Origin: Octopus bimaculoides | Lineage: Eukaryota | Length of the DNA: 64,000 nucleotides | Reading direction: 5' to 3' | NCBI RefSeq assembly: GCF_001194135.2 | Contig: NC_068982.1 | Location: forward strand, 45,479,382-45,543,381 | Shown here: one piece after another, positions 11,711 to 24,705 of the stretch | How positions within the stretch are numbered: the first letter of the stretch is position 1 | How the letters are laid out: the number at the start of each line of letters is the position of its first letter | The notes under the pieces: generated by a model | Told to the model about the DNA's origin: nothing | The model's input: the letters and a program-made list of their open reading frames with translations, nothing else | Databases searched by the model: none | Translations under genes and position numbers: made by a program

Positions 11711-13655
11711 GTACTTATTTTATTGACCCCAGAGAATGAAAGGCAAAGTTGACCTCAGTGGAATTTGAACTCGGAATGTAAAGATGGATGAAATGCTGCT
11801 AAGCATTTTGCTTCTTGTTCTAACGTTTCTGTCATCTTATTTCTTTATTGCCCACAAGGGGCTAAACATAGAGGGGACAAACAAGGACAGACAAAGGGAT
11901 TAAGTCGATTACATCGACGCTAGTGCATAACTGGTACTTAATTTATCGACCCCGAAAGGCAAAGTCGACCTCAGTGGAATTTGAACTCAGAATGTAATGG
12001 CAGACGAAATACCGCTAACCATTTCACCCGGCGTGCTAACGTTTTTACCAGCTCGCTATCTTATTTATTACCATAATAATGGAATGTATAAGCAAAATGA
12101 AGCCTTTAACTTGTCTAAGAGAGTAATAACTTCAACTAAGAACTCACTTGGATCAGAATGGTCCAGCCAGCCTTTGCTAGCATAAAAAATAGATGTAAAA
12201 ATTGATAATAGTCATATCTGATTTAGATACAAAACTGACAATTTTGAGTGGAGAAAGTTAGTCAATGCTATTGACACCTGTGATTGACTGGTACTTTATT
12301 TTATCAACCCTGAAAAGATGAAAGGCAAAGTTGACCCTGGTGGGATTTGAACCCAAAACATAAAGAGCCACAACAAATACCATAAAGCATCTTCCCTTTT
12401 TTAACACTCTAATGATTCTGCCACCTTACTGCCTTGCTGCTGGCAATTTTTGAGTGGTTGGGGAGTTGTTGTCACCATCTACCACAGTACATGACTAGTA
12501 CTTTATTTTATCGACCATGGAGAGATGAAAGACAAAGTTGATCTTGGAAGGATTTGAACTCAGGATGTAAGCAGTCAGGATGTAAGAAATGCTGGAAGAC
12601 ATTTTGTCTGATGCTTAATAATTCTTCAAGCTTCCCAACTTTAATAATGATTTCAAATTTTGGTAATAGGTCAATAATTTCAGAGAAGGGGCAAGTTGAC
12701 TACATTGACCCTAGTGCATAGCTGGTATTTATTTTATTGACCCTGAAAGGATGAAAGGCAACGTTGACCTCAGCAGAATTTGCTGCTAAGCATTTTGCTC
12801 GGCATACTCTCTCTTTACTCTTTTACTCTTTTACTTGTTTCAGTCATTTGACTGCGGCCATGCTGGAGCACCGCCTTTAGTTGAGAAAATTGACCCCAGG
12901 ACTTATTCTTTGTAAGCCTAGTACTTATTCTATCAGTCTCTTTTGCCGAACCGCTAAGTTACGGGGACGTAAACACACCAGCATCGGTTGTCAAGCGATG
13001 GTGGGGGGACAAACACAGACACACAAACACACATACATATATATATTTATACATATATATATATACATATATACGACGGGCTTCTTTCAGTTTCCATCTA
13101 CCAAATCCACTCACAAGGCTTTGGTCGGCCTGAGGCTATAGTAGAAGACACTTGCCCAAGGTGCCACGCAGTGGGACTGAACCCAAAACCATGTGGTTGG
13201 TAAGCAAGTTACTTACCACACAGCCACTCCTGCTAACAATTCTATTAGCTTGTTGCCTTCCTGCCTTTAAAGATCCTTTCTACTAAGGGCACAAGGCCTG
13301 AAATTTTTTGGGGAAGGAGATTAGTTGATTACATTGACCCCAATGTTTTACTGGTATTTAATTTATTGACCCCGAAAGGATGAAAGGCAAAGTTGACCTC
13401 AGCAGAATTTGAACTTAGAAGATCTCTCCTTTATAATAATAATTCTTTCTGTTATATGCACAAAACCTGGAATTTTGGAGCAGGGGACTAGTTGATTACA
13501 TCAACCCCGGTGTTCAACTGGTGCATATTCTATTGATCCCAAAAGGATAAAAGCAAAGTTGACTTTGGTGATGTTTAAACTCAGAATGTAAAATCGGAAT
13601 AAATGCTGTTGAAGATTTTGTCCAATGTGCTAATGAACCCTCTGGCTGACTGCCT
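11706..13655 (-). mobile_element. Cluster of ~8 co-oriented SINE family D copies (Nin/Deu-domain-like core)
   Basis: Repeated + strand motif CTGGTACTTWATTTTATCGACCCCGAAAGGATGAAAGGCAAAGTYGACCTC..GGAATTTGAACTC near 11710, 11930, 12290, 12495, 12720, 13350 and 13520, plus further partial copies. Copies are separated by short AT-rich or (TAA)n linkers. Confidence 0.85.
12807..13232 (-). mobile_element. SINE family A, full length, nested in a family D cluster
   Basis: Complete head-to-tail match to the other family A copies; it splits a family D copy. Confidence 0.88.
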
Positions 13656-14369
13656 TCAATGATAATAATAATAATAATAATAATAATGATAATAATAATA
13701 ATAACAACAACAAAAGCACTCAGAGAGTGCAAACCTCCGCCAGGGCAACACCAATGTCCTCTCAACAAGAGATGATTTTTAAAATGAGAATATCTGAAAT
13801 AACCTTGACTGTTCTCACAAACAAGAATACTAAAAATGAACCTGACCACTCTCAAAAATTAAGTAAAAAAAAAAAAACAAAAATAATCCAGAATCCTTGT
13901 CTGGTACTGGATGGATCCCCAAACTTAATCAATTTGTGCCAGTCATGAGGCCAAACATCCCTGGTGTATATACACACAAACACATGCACTGTCAATGTTT
14001 TTAGCCCATTTCCAGTCATATTTCTTTTGGAATACACATCCTTTGTCCTGATTGATTTTGAAAATAATGAAGAATTTAGTAAAATAACTTCATCATCGTT
14101 CAGCTGGTATTGGGCCTTTGATCAAATTGAAATTTTGATGGAAGGCTTTGATTTTGATCAATTTATATAAACCTGGAAGTTTCTATCACAAAATCCAGGA
14201 TGTTCTTAGGCCTTGATAATATCCTAAAATAGATTCTTAGTAAAATAATTCCTGGTAATGATATTTCTTCAATGTTTTTTTATGAATAGGTAGAAATTCC
14301 AATGTGATCTATAGGTATACAAGAAGTTTTGTGCAGTCAAAAGTAGGCTAACTGTGAATAAATATTATG

Positions 14370-15290
14370 TTTGAGGCTGGAGTGTTAAATTAGTTAAAAG
14401 TCAGAGCATCAGTAAAATAAATTCTTTGTGATGCACAGAAGAAGCTATAGAAGTAGTTGATGGCTTCTGTTACCTAGCCAATTAAATTGGCAGTGGAGAT
14501 GGTGTTCTGAAAACATTGTAGTCAGAACAAGCATAAGATGGACAAAGTTCTGGAAACTATTAAATCTGCTGGCAACAGGACTCTGCCTCCGAATAGAGAA
14601 TACATTGTACAATGCTTATATATGAACTGTAATGCTGTATGTTAGCGAGATGTGGGTACAGAATGCAGCAGAAGGGAAAAGGTTGGAGAGTGATAAAGCT
14701 ATCATGATCCAATGGATGTGTAATGTTTGTGTGCCACAATGACGAGGTACCGATGAACTGAGAGAAAACTGGATAATAGAATAATCAGACATAGTATTCA
14801 AGGGGCACAACTGCATGGGTATGGACATGCAATACATATGGATAATAACAGAAAGGCAAAGAAGTGCCAAGAGAACCATGGGAAAGAGACTAACAGAAGG
14901 AAATAATAAATAAGTGCGCCCTTTTAAAGTCTAGCCAGGTTCATGGGCCCGGTTTCCCAGTTTCAATGACGTATGTGTTTCCCAGCTGGACGGGACGCCA
15001 GTCCATCGCAGCGTTATTTTTGCCAGCTGAGTGAACTGGAGCAACGTGAAATGAAGTGTTTTGCTCAAGAACACAACGCGTTGCCCGATCCAAGAATTGA
15101 AACCACAATCTTATGATCGTGATGCTGACACCTTAACCACTAAGCTACGTGCCTCCACATAACAGAAGGAAAAGACTGGAAAATATGAGTAGAAATGACA
15201 AGAGTCAATCTCAGGATGCTGTGCTGCATATCTGAGACAACAAAGTTGGATAAACAAATGTAAAATGATGAAGATATGCTGGAAAACATT
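14370..15290 (+). mobile_element. Decayed RTE-clade LINE C-terminal region
   Basis: IEVVDGFCYL, RWTKFWKLL, VMLYVSEMW, IQWMCNV, ELREKL, HGYGH. Split by the SINE at 14904-15159. Confidence 0.75.
14904..15159 (-). mobile_element. SINE family C (tRNA head plus V-SINE-like GCGATGGACTGGCGTCCCGTCCAG tail) nested in an RTE remnant
   Basis: TSD TAACAGAAGGAAA at 14891-14903 and 15160-15172. Confidence 0.9.
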
Positions 15291-16291
15291 AATTTACAGG
15301 CAATCCATTACTGATGTACAACATTGATCTGCCAACAGTTTTTAACAGTGGGGAAGTGATTCTCCTTCAGCATTGGCTCAACATCATAACTGAGCTAACC
15401 ATATTTTTATCCAATTTCAAATTTCAATGTGGAATTTTCGTTGGGAACCAAATTGTCTAGTCAAGGGAGGCCTACAAAGACAAGAAAACTATCAATTTTT
15501 GAATTATAAAAATATAGCAGTTATAATAATTTATGAGATGGTATAATATCCTCCAGCATCATCATCAATTTTATGTTCACTTACTTTACTGACATAGTTT
15601 GATCTGGTCAACCTGATCTAAGTCAGTTCTTATTCGAAGTTACCGCTGCTCTGCTAGACAGGTCTGAGGACCAGGTCTCACTGAAAACCTTTTATTTTTG
15701 GTATAGTTTCTATGGTTAGATACTCTTCCTAATGCTAATCACTTTACATGGTGTACTGAGTTCATTTTTTCATGGGATCATTACTAGAGAAGTTTTCATG
15801 TTTTCAGATAGACAAAAGAGTCTAGACTAAAGAATCTTGTCTCACTCATTCATTAACCATGGCTCCAGAACTGCTGTGGTTGCCTTGTACTCTCCAACAT
15901 TATTCATTATTCTCATCATTGTATGGTGCCTTTATTCATTCAAGGCATCATGACCAAGAGGAGCTGAATGAGTGATGGGAGTAGATATTGTCTTTTTATT
16001 ATAGAGACAAAACCTGAAATTTTGTTGGAAGGGACTAGTCGATTCCATCCACCTCAATTGATACTTATTTTATTGACTTTGAAAGGATTAAATGCTAAGT
16101 CAACCTCTGGAATTTGAGCCCAGAATGTATAACTAGTAGAAATGATGGAAAGCATTTTGTGTGGTATGTTAATGTTTCAATTAGTGTGCTTTCTACATAA
16201 AACAATGGTACAAAAATTGGTTGGTTATATTTTGTATCTTGTGGTAACTTCTACATTATTTGAATACATTAACACATTTCTTTTTATACAT

Positions 16292-16800
16292 AGGCCCAGG
16301 TGTGGCTGTATAGTAAAAAGCTGGCTTCCCAATCACATGGGTCCAGGTTCAGTCCCACAGCATGGCACCTTGGGCAAGTGTCTTCTACTACAATCTTGGG
16401 CCAACGAAAGTCTTGTGAGTGGATTTGGTAGACAGAAACTGAAAAGAAGCCCGTAGAGCCTGGTGTTGCCATCCGGTTTCACCAGTCCTCAGTCAAATCG
16501 TCCAACCCATGCTAGCATGGAAAGCGGACGTTAAACGATGATGATGATGATGATATATATGTATATTTGTATGTATGTGTGTGTCTTTGTGCCAGTGTTT
16601 GTCCCCTCCCATCACCACTTGACAACTGGTGTTGGTGTATTTATGTCCCTGTAGCTTAACGGTTCAGCAAAAGCGACTGAGAAAGTACTAGGCTTAAAAA
16701 AATAAAACCTGGGGTCGATTTGTTCGACTAAAACACTTCAAGGTGGTACTCCAGCATGGCTGCTGTCAAATGACTGAAACAAGTAAAAGAATAAAAGAAT
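16292..16800 (+). mobile_element. SINE family A interrupted by an RTE-type 3' tail (~16458-16553)
   Basis: Head GGTGTGGCTG..., CORE-like block, inserted CAAATCGTCCAACCCATGCTAGCATGGAAAGCGGACGTTAAACGATGATGATG, then the family A tail. Confidence 0.8.
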
Positions 16801-17879
16801 AGGCAGTGTGATGTTATTTGATCACACAAGCATATGATCACAGGCTTTCCAGCCTTGACAAATCCTCTGGCTCTCAGGCATGCTGTCTTATATCTCTGCA
16901 TTTTCTACTGCTACTAAAATGGCCTCTACACCTGTGTCCAATGTTCCAGTTTTTCCTTTCCTAAATTTCAGCCCTCTGAAATTTTATTCCTGTTCATATC
17001 TAACAGTCTCAGCAAAGCCACTGGCTTTCCTCAAGACCAGCAAATGTAAAGAAACAGAAAATTTAAATTTTGAAATGCAAAGCAAATCTCGTGTTCAAGA
17101 GGAGTTGCTTCCCCTTAAATAAGTAGTCTCCCTTTGTAGCTTCACGCTTCAATCTTTTTGACAATGCACAGGTTGCCTCCCCTTAATTCTGCAGCTTCCC
17201 TTCTTTAGCTCCACATTTAAACGTATTTTAAAAATAGGTAAGTGCGATTTGAAGCAGATTTGGCTGCTATTTCTCGAAGGTCAAGCGATCACAGAGAGGC
17301 TATGATATATATATATATNNNNNNNNNNNNNNNNNNNNNNNNNNNNNNNNNNNNNNNNNNNNNNNNNNNNNNNNNNNNNNNNNNNNNNNNNNNNNNNNNN
17401 NNNNNNNNNNNNNNNNNNNNNNNNNNNNNNNNNNNNNNNNNNNNNNNNNNNNNNNNNNNNNNNNNNNNNNNNNNNNNNNNNNNNNNNNNNNNNNNNNNNN
17501 NNNNNNNNNNNNNNNNNNNNNNNNNNNNNNNNNNNNNNNNNNNNNNNNNNNNNNNNNNNNNNNNNNNNNNNNNNNNNNNNNNNNNNNNNNNNNNNNNNNN
17601 NNNNNNNNNNNNNNNNNNNNNNNNNNNNNNNNNNNNNNNNNNNNNNNNNNNNNNNNNNNNNNNNNNNNNNNNNNNNNNNNNNNNNNNNNNNNNNNNNNNN
17701 NNNNNNNNNNNNNNNNNNNNNNNNNNNNNNNNNNNNNNNNNNNNNNNNNNNNNNNNNNNNNNNNNNNNNNNNNNNNNNNNNNNNNNNNNNNNNNNNNNNN
17801 NNNNNNNNNNNNNNNNNNNNNAAAAATCTTGCGAAACAAATATATATATATATATATATATCGGTTAGTATTTCATGTG

Positions 17880-18205
17880 CCAGTGACACGTAAAAAGCAC
17901 CATTCCAGCGTGGTCGTTGCTAGTGTTGCCCGACTGGCTCTCGTGCCGGTTGGTACGTAAAACGCACCATTCAAGCGTGATCGATGCCAGTACCGCCTGA
18001 CTGGCCCTCGTGCCGGTGGCATATAAAAAGCACCTACTACACTCTCGGAGTGGTTGGCGTTAGGAAGGGCATCCAGCTGTAGAAACCTTGCCAGATCAGA
18101 TTGTAGCCTGGTGCAGCCTCCTGGCTTGCCAGTTCTCAGTCAAACCGTCCAACCCATGCCAGTGTGGAAAGCGGACGTTAAACGACGGCGATGATGATGA
18201 TGAAG
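17880..18205 (+). mobile_element. RTE-type LINE 3' tail (or RTE-dependent SINE) ending in (GAT)n
   Basis: GTGCCGGTGGCA..TAAAAAGCACC subrepeats, TGGTTGGCGTTAGGAAGGGCATCCAGCTGTAGAAACC, AACCCATGCCAG..GGAAAGCGGACGTTAAACGA-(TGA)n. Also seen at 7265 and 16458. Confidence 0.7.
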
Positions 18206-18243
18206 CGCACTCTAACTCCAAAGCATTGGAACAGTAATACTTA

Positions 18244-18460
18244 GAAGGTTGTTTTTTTATGACCGGTCAAAGAGTGATCTTTGGTTTTGCACCTAAAAAG
18301 CGCTTAGCTGTATAGACAACTCGTCAGACTCGTTGACCGGAAGCACATAGGTAGGGCGGTGCTAACGGCCAACGAGTCTGACAAGTCGCCTTTACAGTTA
18401 AGCGCTTTTTAGGTGCGAAACCAATGGTCACTCACTGTCCGGCCATAACAAACAACCTTC
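18244..18460. mobile_element. Foldback MITE (217 bp) with ~95-bp inverted arms and TA flanks
   Basis: GAAGGTTGTTT...GCACCTAAAAAGCGCTTA...GTCAGACTCGTTG mirrors CAACGAGTCTGAC...TAAGCGCTTTTTAGGTGC...AAACAACCTTC; TA at 18242-43 and 18461-62. Confidence 0.85.
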
Positions 18461-18754
18461 TACACACACACACACACACCACATATTGATTATGAGAGAC
18501 AGAGACTGGGAGATGTGTGTGTGTGTGTGTGTCTACAGGTGAAATGAATGAATACATAGCATATTGGAGAACCGGATTAATCTTTTGTAATAACAGCTCT
18601 ATTATTGATATTGTATTGTAATTTTGTATCTGTTCACCTTCAAAAATACTGAGTACATGAAATATCTGGGAAAAGTTAGCAGCAATTGAATAACGTCATA
18701 TCCAAGGAAAAGTTTACGTCATCCACTCAATAAACAGACTCCACAGTTGATTAG

Positions 18755-19060
18755 GTGAAGGCACATGGCCTGTTAGCTAGAGTAGCGGACACGCGGTCGA
18801 GGGATCGCGGGTTCGAATTTCAGACCGGGTGATGTGTGTATTTATGAGCGAAACACCTAAGCTCCACGCGGCTCCGGCAGAAGGTAATGGCGAACTCCTG
18901 CTGACTCTTTCGCCACAACTTTATCTCACTCTTTCCTCCTGCATCTAGCAGCTCGCCTTCGACGGACCGGCGTTCCGTCAAGGTTGGGAACCTATACGCT
19001 AATGGAACCGGGAAACCTGCCCTTATGAACCAGGCGTGGCTCGAGAAGGAGCAAACAACA
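18755..19060 (+). mobile_element. SINE, family B-like head with an alternative tail, 13-bp TSD
   Basis: B box GGTTCGAATTTC; TSD CACAGTTGATTAG at 18742-18754 and 19061-19073. Confidence 0.88.
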
Positions 19061-19217
19061 CACAGTTGATTAGACAGGCAGAGAGGCAGACAGACAGGTG
19101 AACATTGTTCATAAGTTACAGAGATTCAACAGAAATTAAAATAAAGGAAGATAGCTGGATGGGCTGTATGTTTGTACAATTGTACGTTTGACCACACGTA
19201 TGCATGCATGCACGTAC

Positions 19218-19543
19218 AACCGGCACTCCGTCGGTTACGACGACGAGGGTTCCAGTTGATCCGATCAATAGAACTGCCTGCTCGTGACATTAACGTACAA
19301 GTAGTTAAGCACTCCACAGACACGTGTACCATTAACGTAATTCTCAGGGAGATTCGGCGTGACACAGAGCGTGACAAGGCCGGCCCTTTGAAATACAGGC
19401 ACTACTAATTTTTTCCAGCTGAGCAGACTGGAGCAACGTGAAATAAAGTGTCTTGCTCAAGGACACAACGTATCGCCGGGAATTGAACTCACGACCTTAC
19501 AGTCGTGAGCCAAATGCCCTAACCACTAAGCCACGCGCCTTCC
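19218..19543 (-). mobile_element. SINE family C head with the family B tail
   Basis: GGCGCGTGGCTTAGTGGTTAGGG head; B-type tail; ATGCACGTAC duplicated at 19208-19217 and 19546-19555. Confidence 0.85.
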
Positions 19544-19924
19544 GTATGCACGTACGTATTGGACGCATGTTTGAGAGTACGTATGTTCGTACTATGTATG
19601 TACGTGTGTAAGGAGCATTCCGTCGGTTACGTGGCTGAGCACTTCACAGACACGAGTACCCTTAACGTAATTCTTAGGGATGTTCAGCGTGACACAAAGT
19701 GTGACAAGGCCGACCCTGGTATTTACTCTATCGGCCTATTTGAGGAACCGCTTAGTTACGGAGACGTGGGCTTCTTTCTGTTTCCGTCTACCAGATTCAC
19801 GCACATGGATTTGGTCAGCCCGATGCTACAGAAGATACTTGCCCTTGCCCAAGGTGCCACTCAATGGGACTGAACCCGGAACCCTGTGGTTAGGGAGCAA
19901 GCGTCTTCCCTCCACCACACAAAC

Positions 19925-20143
19925 ACATTCTTTTCTACTCTTGGCACAAGGCCCGAAATTTTTTTGGGAGGGGGCCAGTCAATTAGATCGATCCTAGTAC
20001 GCAGCTGGTACTTAATTTATCGACCTCGAAAGGACGAAAGGCAAAGTCGACCTTGGCGGAATTTGAACTCAGAACGTAAAGACAAACGGAATACTGCTAA
20101 GCATTTCGCCTGGCGTGCTAACGTTTCTGCCAGTTCGCCACCT
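19925..20143 (-). mobile_element. SINE family D copy (others at ~3405-3575, 20783-20922, 28760-28845, 31425-31640, 48095-48570)
   Basis: Same core and tail as the family D clusters. Confidence 0.85.
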
Positions 20144-20144
20144 T

Positions 20145-20251
<107 letters not shown>

Positions 20252-20284
20252 CACACACGCACACACACACACATTAATGTGTGC

Positions 20285-22720
20285 CTATAGGTATGAAACG
20301 TGTGTACATACGTCTGTATATACGTACGTACGGACATATATACACACAGACGTACATGCATATTTATTTACAGACGTACATATTTTGGCACAGTTAAGTA
20401 CGTAAGTATGCAAATTAGTACTTGTATACGTAAGCGCATAGGTACATACTAATGTATGTCCATACATTTGCGCATACAACTCATAAACTAGGGCCCTTTC
20501 ATTCTATGAGTCACATTCTAACCTATACCTCCCCATGAGTCACGGTCTAGCCAACTCCCCCAACCTATGGGTCACAGATAACGGTTCCCCTATGAGTACG
20601 TATGTGCGTGCGTATCGCTATAAGTATACCAGTACGTAAATACGTGTGTACTTACGTATTCACGTATGTATGTAAGTATGTACGTACGCTTTATGTACAT
20701 ATGCACATATGTATGTCCGTATAAATGAATGGACATATGTATCGTCTTACGTATGCGCGTGCCGTAAGTATGCACGTATATAAATCGACCCCAGTACGCA
20801 ACTGGTACTTAATTTATCGACCCTGAAAGAATGAAAGGCAAAGTCGACCTTGGTGGAATTTAAAATCAGAACGTAAAGACAGACGAAATACCGCTAAGCA
20901 TTTCTGACAGCTCGCCGCCTTTCAGATTCGGGTATGTCAAACTGAGACTCAACGGCTAGGATGACCCTAGATTTGTAACACAGAGTGGATAGGCCCTACA
21001 CTGATTTATAGGATGAGTTGACCTAAGACTGATTCAGTGACTAAGAGTCCTTCGACTGTGACTAGTCAGACCTATGTCTGTACAAGCATACTTAAATATG
21101 TGAGTAAATTTGCACTTACGAATTTGCGTACATATGTCCGTACATTTATGAATACTTGTGAGCAGACGTATATGCGTACAGTACATATATGCGTACAGAT
21201 GTGTGTACATACGTATGTACGCACATACGTATGCACGTAAATGCATTCGTATGTGAATAAATACGTGCGTAGATGTGTGAGTACGTACGCACATAAATAT
21301 GTGCGTATACGTAACCGTACGTATGTTTGTACTTGTGTGCGTACGTATGCACACAAGTATGGATGTACGTATTTTGCCAGGCACGTGCCGTCGCTAATTG
21401 CTCAGGGTAGGCAGTTGGTGACCTTTATGTAGTAAAACACACAAAAAATAAGCGAAACACAGGCGCACGACTGAGTTGAAGGCACATTTTCTTCTGCCTT
21501 TATAGCACATAAAGAAAAGGTTGTTGTCTGAGTGTACGTAGCACGTGTACTGCATCATAGCTTAAATACTAATTTAAATACAAGAGCGAATTATGCCTAC
21601 CTAATCTACAAAAAATATATATATATTGCATTTTTATGCATAGTAATCCGTAACCTTCATAATTTTATTGAATTTGGTTCTTATTTTGCCATAAAAGGAA
21701 AATGTTTCTATCGATCTATTTTATTCAAGGTAGGCACTACTTAGGCGGCACGTCCCTGATATTTGCGTGTGTATGTGCGTACGTATGTCCATAATCAAGT
21801 ACGTACGTATTCGCTTACGTATGTGTATCCTTATACGCGTTCGAATGTCCGTACGTATTCGTATATTATGCACGTAAGAATAGGCGTACGTATGATATTA
21901 ATCTTCGTGCTTATGTATGTACGTATGCGAGGACGTATGTGCGGGCATTTTGAATACGTACGTGCATACGTACGTGCATACGTGCGTGCATACGTGCGTG
22001 CATACATAGTCACACAACCGTACATAAGTACGGGCATACATCCGTCCATACATACATAAAAACATACATGCATAAGTACATCATACGCACGTCCATACCT
22101 ACCATCGTACATACGTCCATACGTACTTGCATAAATACATATATACATATATGCATTCGTAATTGTATATTTACGTATCTATTACATGCATACGTACGAG
22201 CATACATATATGCATACGAACGTATATATGCACGTGTATATGTATGTGCATAGGATACAGATATACACACATATGTGCATGCATATGCACGGCTACACAT
22301 ACGTATACGTATATTTGTACAAGCAAACGTGTGTCATACGTGAACAAGTACGTATATACGTAACTCATAGAGAGCCCTAGTCTATGACACATAAGCTGTG
22401 AAGGAGCTCGGCTGTGAGTGATAAATTTGGCCCCCTCCCCCCAAATTTCGGGACTTGTGCCTAGAGTAGAAAAGTAGAAAAGAATATACCCGAGTCTGAG
22501 CTACAATCGAGTGAACCTTGCAGCCTATGCGTCACAGTGTAAGGTATTTTTCCCAGCGTATGAGTCTCTATATAGCTCTCTCAACCTATGAGTCACAGTG
22601 TAGGTTCTTTCCCACCTATGGATCGCAGTCAACGTATGACAGTTCGTATCTATGTGCATATGCACGTACGTATGTACACCCGTGTATACTTACGTATACT
22701 TCTACATATTGAACTATGTA
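20285..22720. repeat. Degenerate (TACG/TATG/TGTA)n CpG-rich low-complexity satellite with embedded CTATGAGTCAC modules
   Basis: Dense TACGTA/ATGCAT words; short non-repetitive islands; continues at 23110-23260. Confidence 0.8.
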
Positions 22721-23108
22721 GTGGAGGCGCAATGGCCCAGTGGTTAGGGCAGCGGACTCGCGGTCATAGGATCGCGGTTTCGATTCCCAGACCGGCCGTT
22801 GTGAGTGTTTATTGAGCGAAAACACCTAAAAGCTCCACGAGGCTCCGGCAGGGGATGGTGGCGAACCCTGCTGTACTCTTTCACCACAAATTTCTCTCAC
22901 TCTTTCTTCCTGTTTCTGTTGTGCCTGTATTTCAAAGGGCCAGCCTTGTCCCACTGTGTCACGCTGAATATCCCCGAGAACTACGTTAAGGGTACACGTG
23001 TCTGTGGAATACTCAGCCACTTGCATGTTAATTTCACCAGCAGGCTGTTCCGTTGATCGGATCAACTGGAACCCTTGACGTCGTAAGCGACGGAGTGCCA
23101 ACAACATC
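22721..23108 (+). mobile_element. SINE family B, full length, 13-bp TSD
   Basis: A box TGGCCCAGTGG, B box GGTTTCGATTCC; ends GACGGAGTGCCAACAAC; TSD ATTGAACTATGTA at 22708-22720 and 23109-23121. Confidence 0.93.
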
Positions 23109-23259
23109 ATTGAACTATGTATGTAGGTACGTAGTCTTGTATGTATATGCGTATATTTAGACAGATGTATGAACGTACTATACACCTACAGATGACATAC
23201 ATATGCTTGTACAAATATATGTATGTGTAGCGGTTTGTACGCACGCTCGAGTGTACGTA

Positions 23260-24705
23260 CGTATTAGCGTCAGTAATGCCATTTTTAATGAGTAGCGAGC
23301 GTCAAGAATTTTAATTGGAAGGAATAGCGTGAGAAGTGCAATTCTAAGGATTAGCGTCATAGATTTTGATAGTAAAGGATCGACAGATTTGAAAATATAG
23401 AAGAGCATCAGGAGATGCAAGTGTAGGATTTAGCGTCGAGCAAGATAGTGGTAACCCTTACCGTCGGGAGAGGTAATGAAAACGATTAGCATTGAGAAAG
23501 GTAATGGTAACGATTAGCGTCGGGAAATGCAATTGCATTGATTAAATTCTTGAATGTTAATGGCAACGATAAGCTTCGAGAAAAATAAATGATGGTATAC
23601 AAATGAGCGACGAGATATGTAAGTGTTAGATTCAGCTTGGGGAGACGTAATGGTAATGATTAGCGTCAGGAAATATAATGGTCATAATAAGCGTCGAGAA
23701 AGTAAGTCGTATAGATAAGTGTCGGTAAAATCAAATGTAAGGATTAGCCTCATGAAAGACAATCGTAACGTTTAGCAACGGGGAAGTTAATGGTTTAGAT
23801 GAGCGTCGAGAAAGTTACATGTAACGTTTAGAGTTGGTTAATATAATGGTATTGGAAACAATTAGCGTCGGGAAAGGCAAAAGTAATGAGTTGTGTCTTG
23901 AAAGTTAATGGTAACGATAAGCGTCGACAAATTTGATGATATAGATAGAGTCGTGAAATGGAATTGTAAAGATTAACGTCAAGAAATATAAATGTAACGA
24001 GTAGTGTCGTGAAATGTAATGGTAATGATTAGCCCCATGAAATGCAATAGCAACGATTAGGGTCGGCAAAGGTAATAGTAACAAGTACACCGGGAAAGGT
24101 TTTGGTATACATAACTGTCGAGATTAACGTCGGAAAATATAAGGTTACGATAAACTTCGAGAAAATTAATGGTGTAGATAGGCCAATTGTGGAGGCGCAA
24201 TGGCCCAGTGGTTAGGGCAGCGGACTCGCGGTTATAGGAACGCGGTTTCGATTCCCAGACCGGGCGTTGTGAGTGTTTATTGAGCGAAAACACCTAAAAG
24301 CTCCACGAGGCTCCGGCAGGGGATGGTGGCGAACCCTGCTGTACTCTTTCACCACAACTTTCTCTCACTCTTACTTCCTGTTTCTATTGTGCCTGTAATT
24401 CAAAGGGTCAGCCTTGTCAAACTGTGTCACGCTGAATATCCCTGAGAACTACGTTAAGGGTACACGTGTCTGTGGAGTGCTCAGCCACTTGCACGTTAAT
24501 TTCACGAACAGGCTGTTCCGTTGATCGGATCAACTGGAACCCTCGACGTCGTAAGCGACGGAGTGCCAACAACAGTAGATAGGCCAGTTATATATATATA
24601 ATTGAGACCAGTCATATATAAGCTGTCGGGGAACGTAATGATGACGGTTAGCGTCGGGAAAGGTAATAATAACGATTAGCGTCCATAAACTGTCAATCAT
24701 AGGGC
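23260..24705 (+). repeat. Diverged 28-bp minisatellite (~35 units), interrupted by a SINE
   Basis: Consensus approximately GTAATGGTAACGATTAGCGTCGGGAAAG. Confidence 0.85.
24189..24574 (+). mobile_element. SINE family B, full length, inserted in a 28-bp minisatellite
   Basis: TSD GTAGATAGGCCA(A/G)TT at 24174-24188 and 24575-24589. Confidence 0.93.

Noticed and set aside
11500-11739. 79-aa ORF downstream of MOSMO
   Set aside because: It lies in a degenerate tandem array and runs into a SINE; no recognisable homology.
22721-22795. tRNA-like sequences (A/B boxes) here and at 212, 4245, 24189 and 32950
   Set aside because: They are SINE heads continuing into SINE bodies with TSDs; no complete cloverleaf, so not called as tRNA genes.
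23260-24188. CRISPR-like periodicity (also the 11185 array)
   Set aside because: Units are contiguous and degenerate with no identical repeats or unique spacers, there are no cas genes, and the context is eukaryotic.
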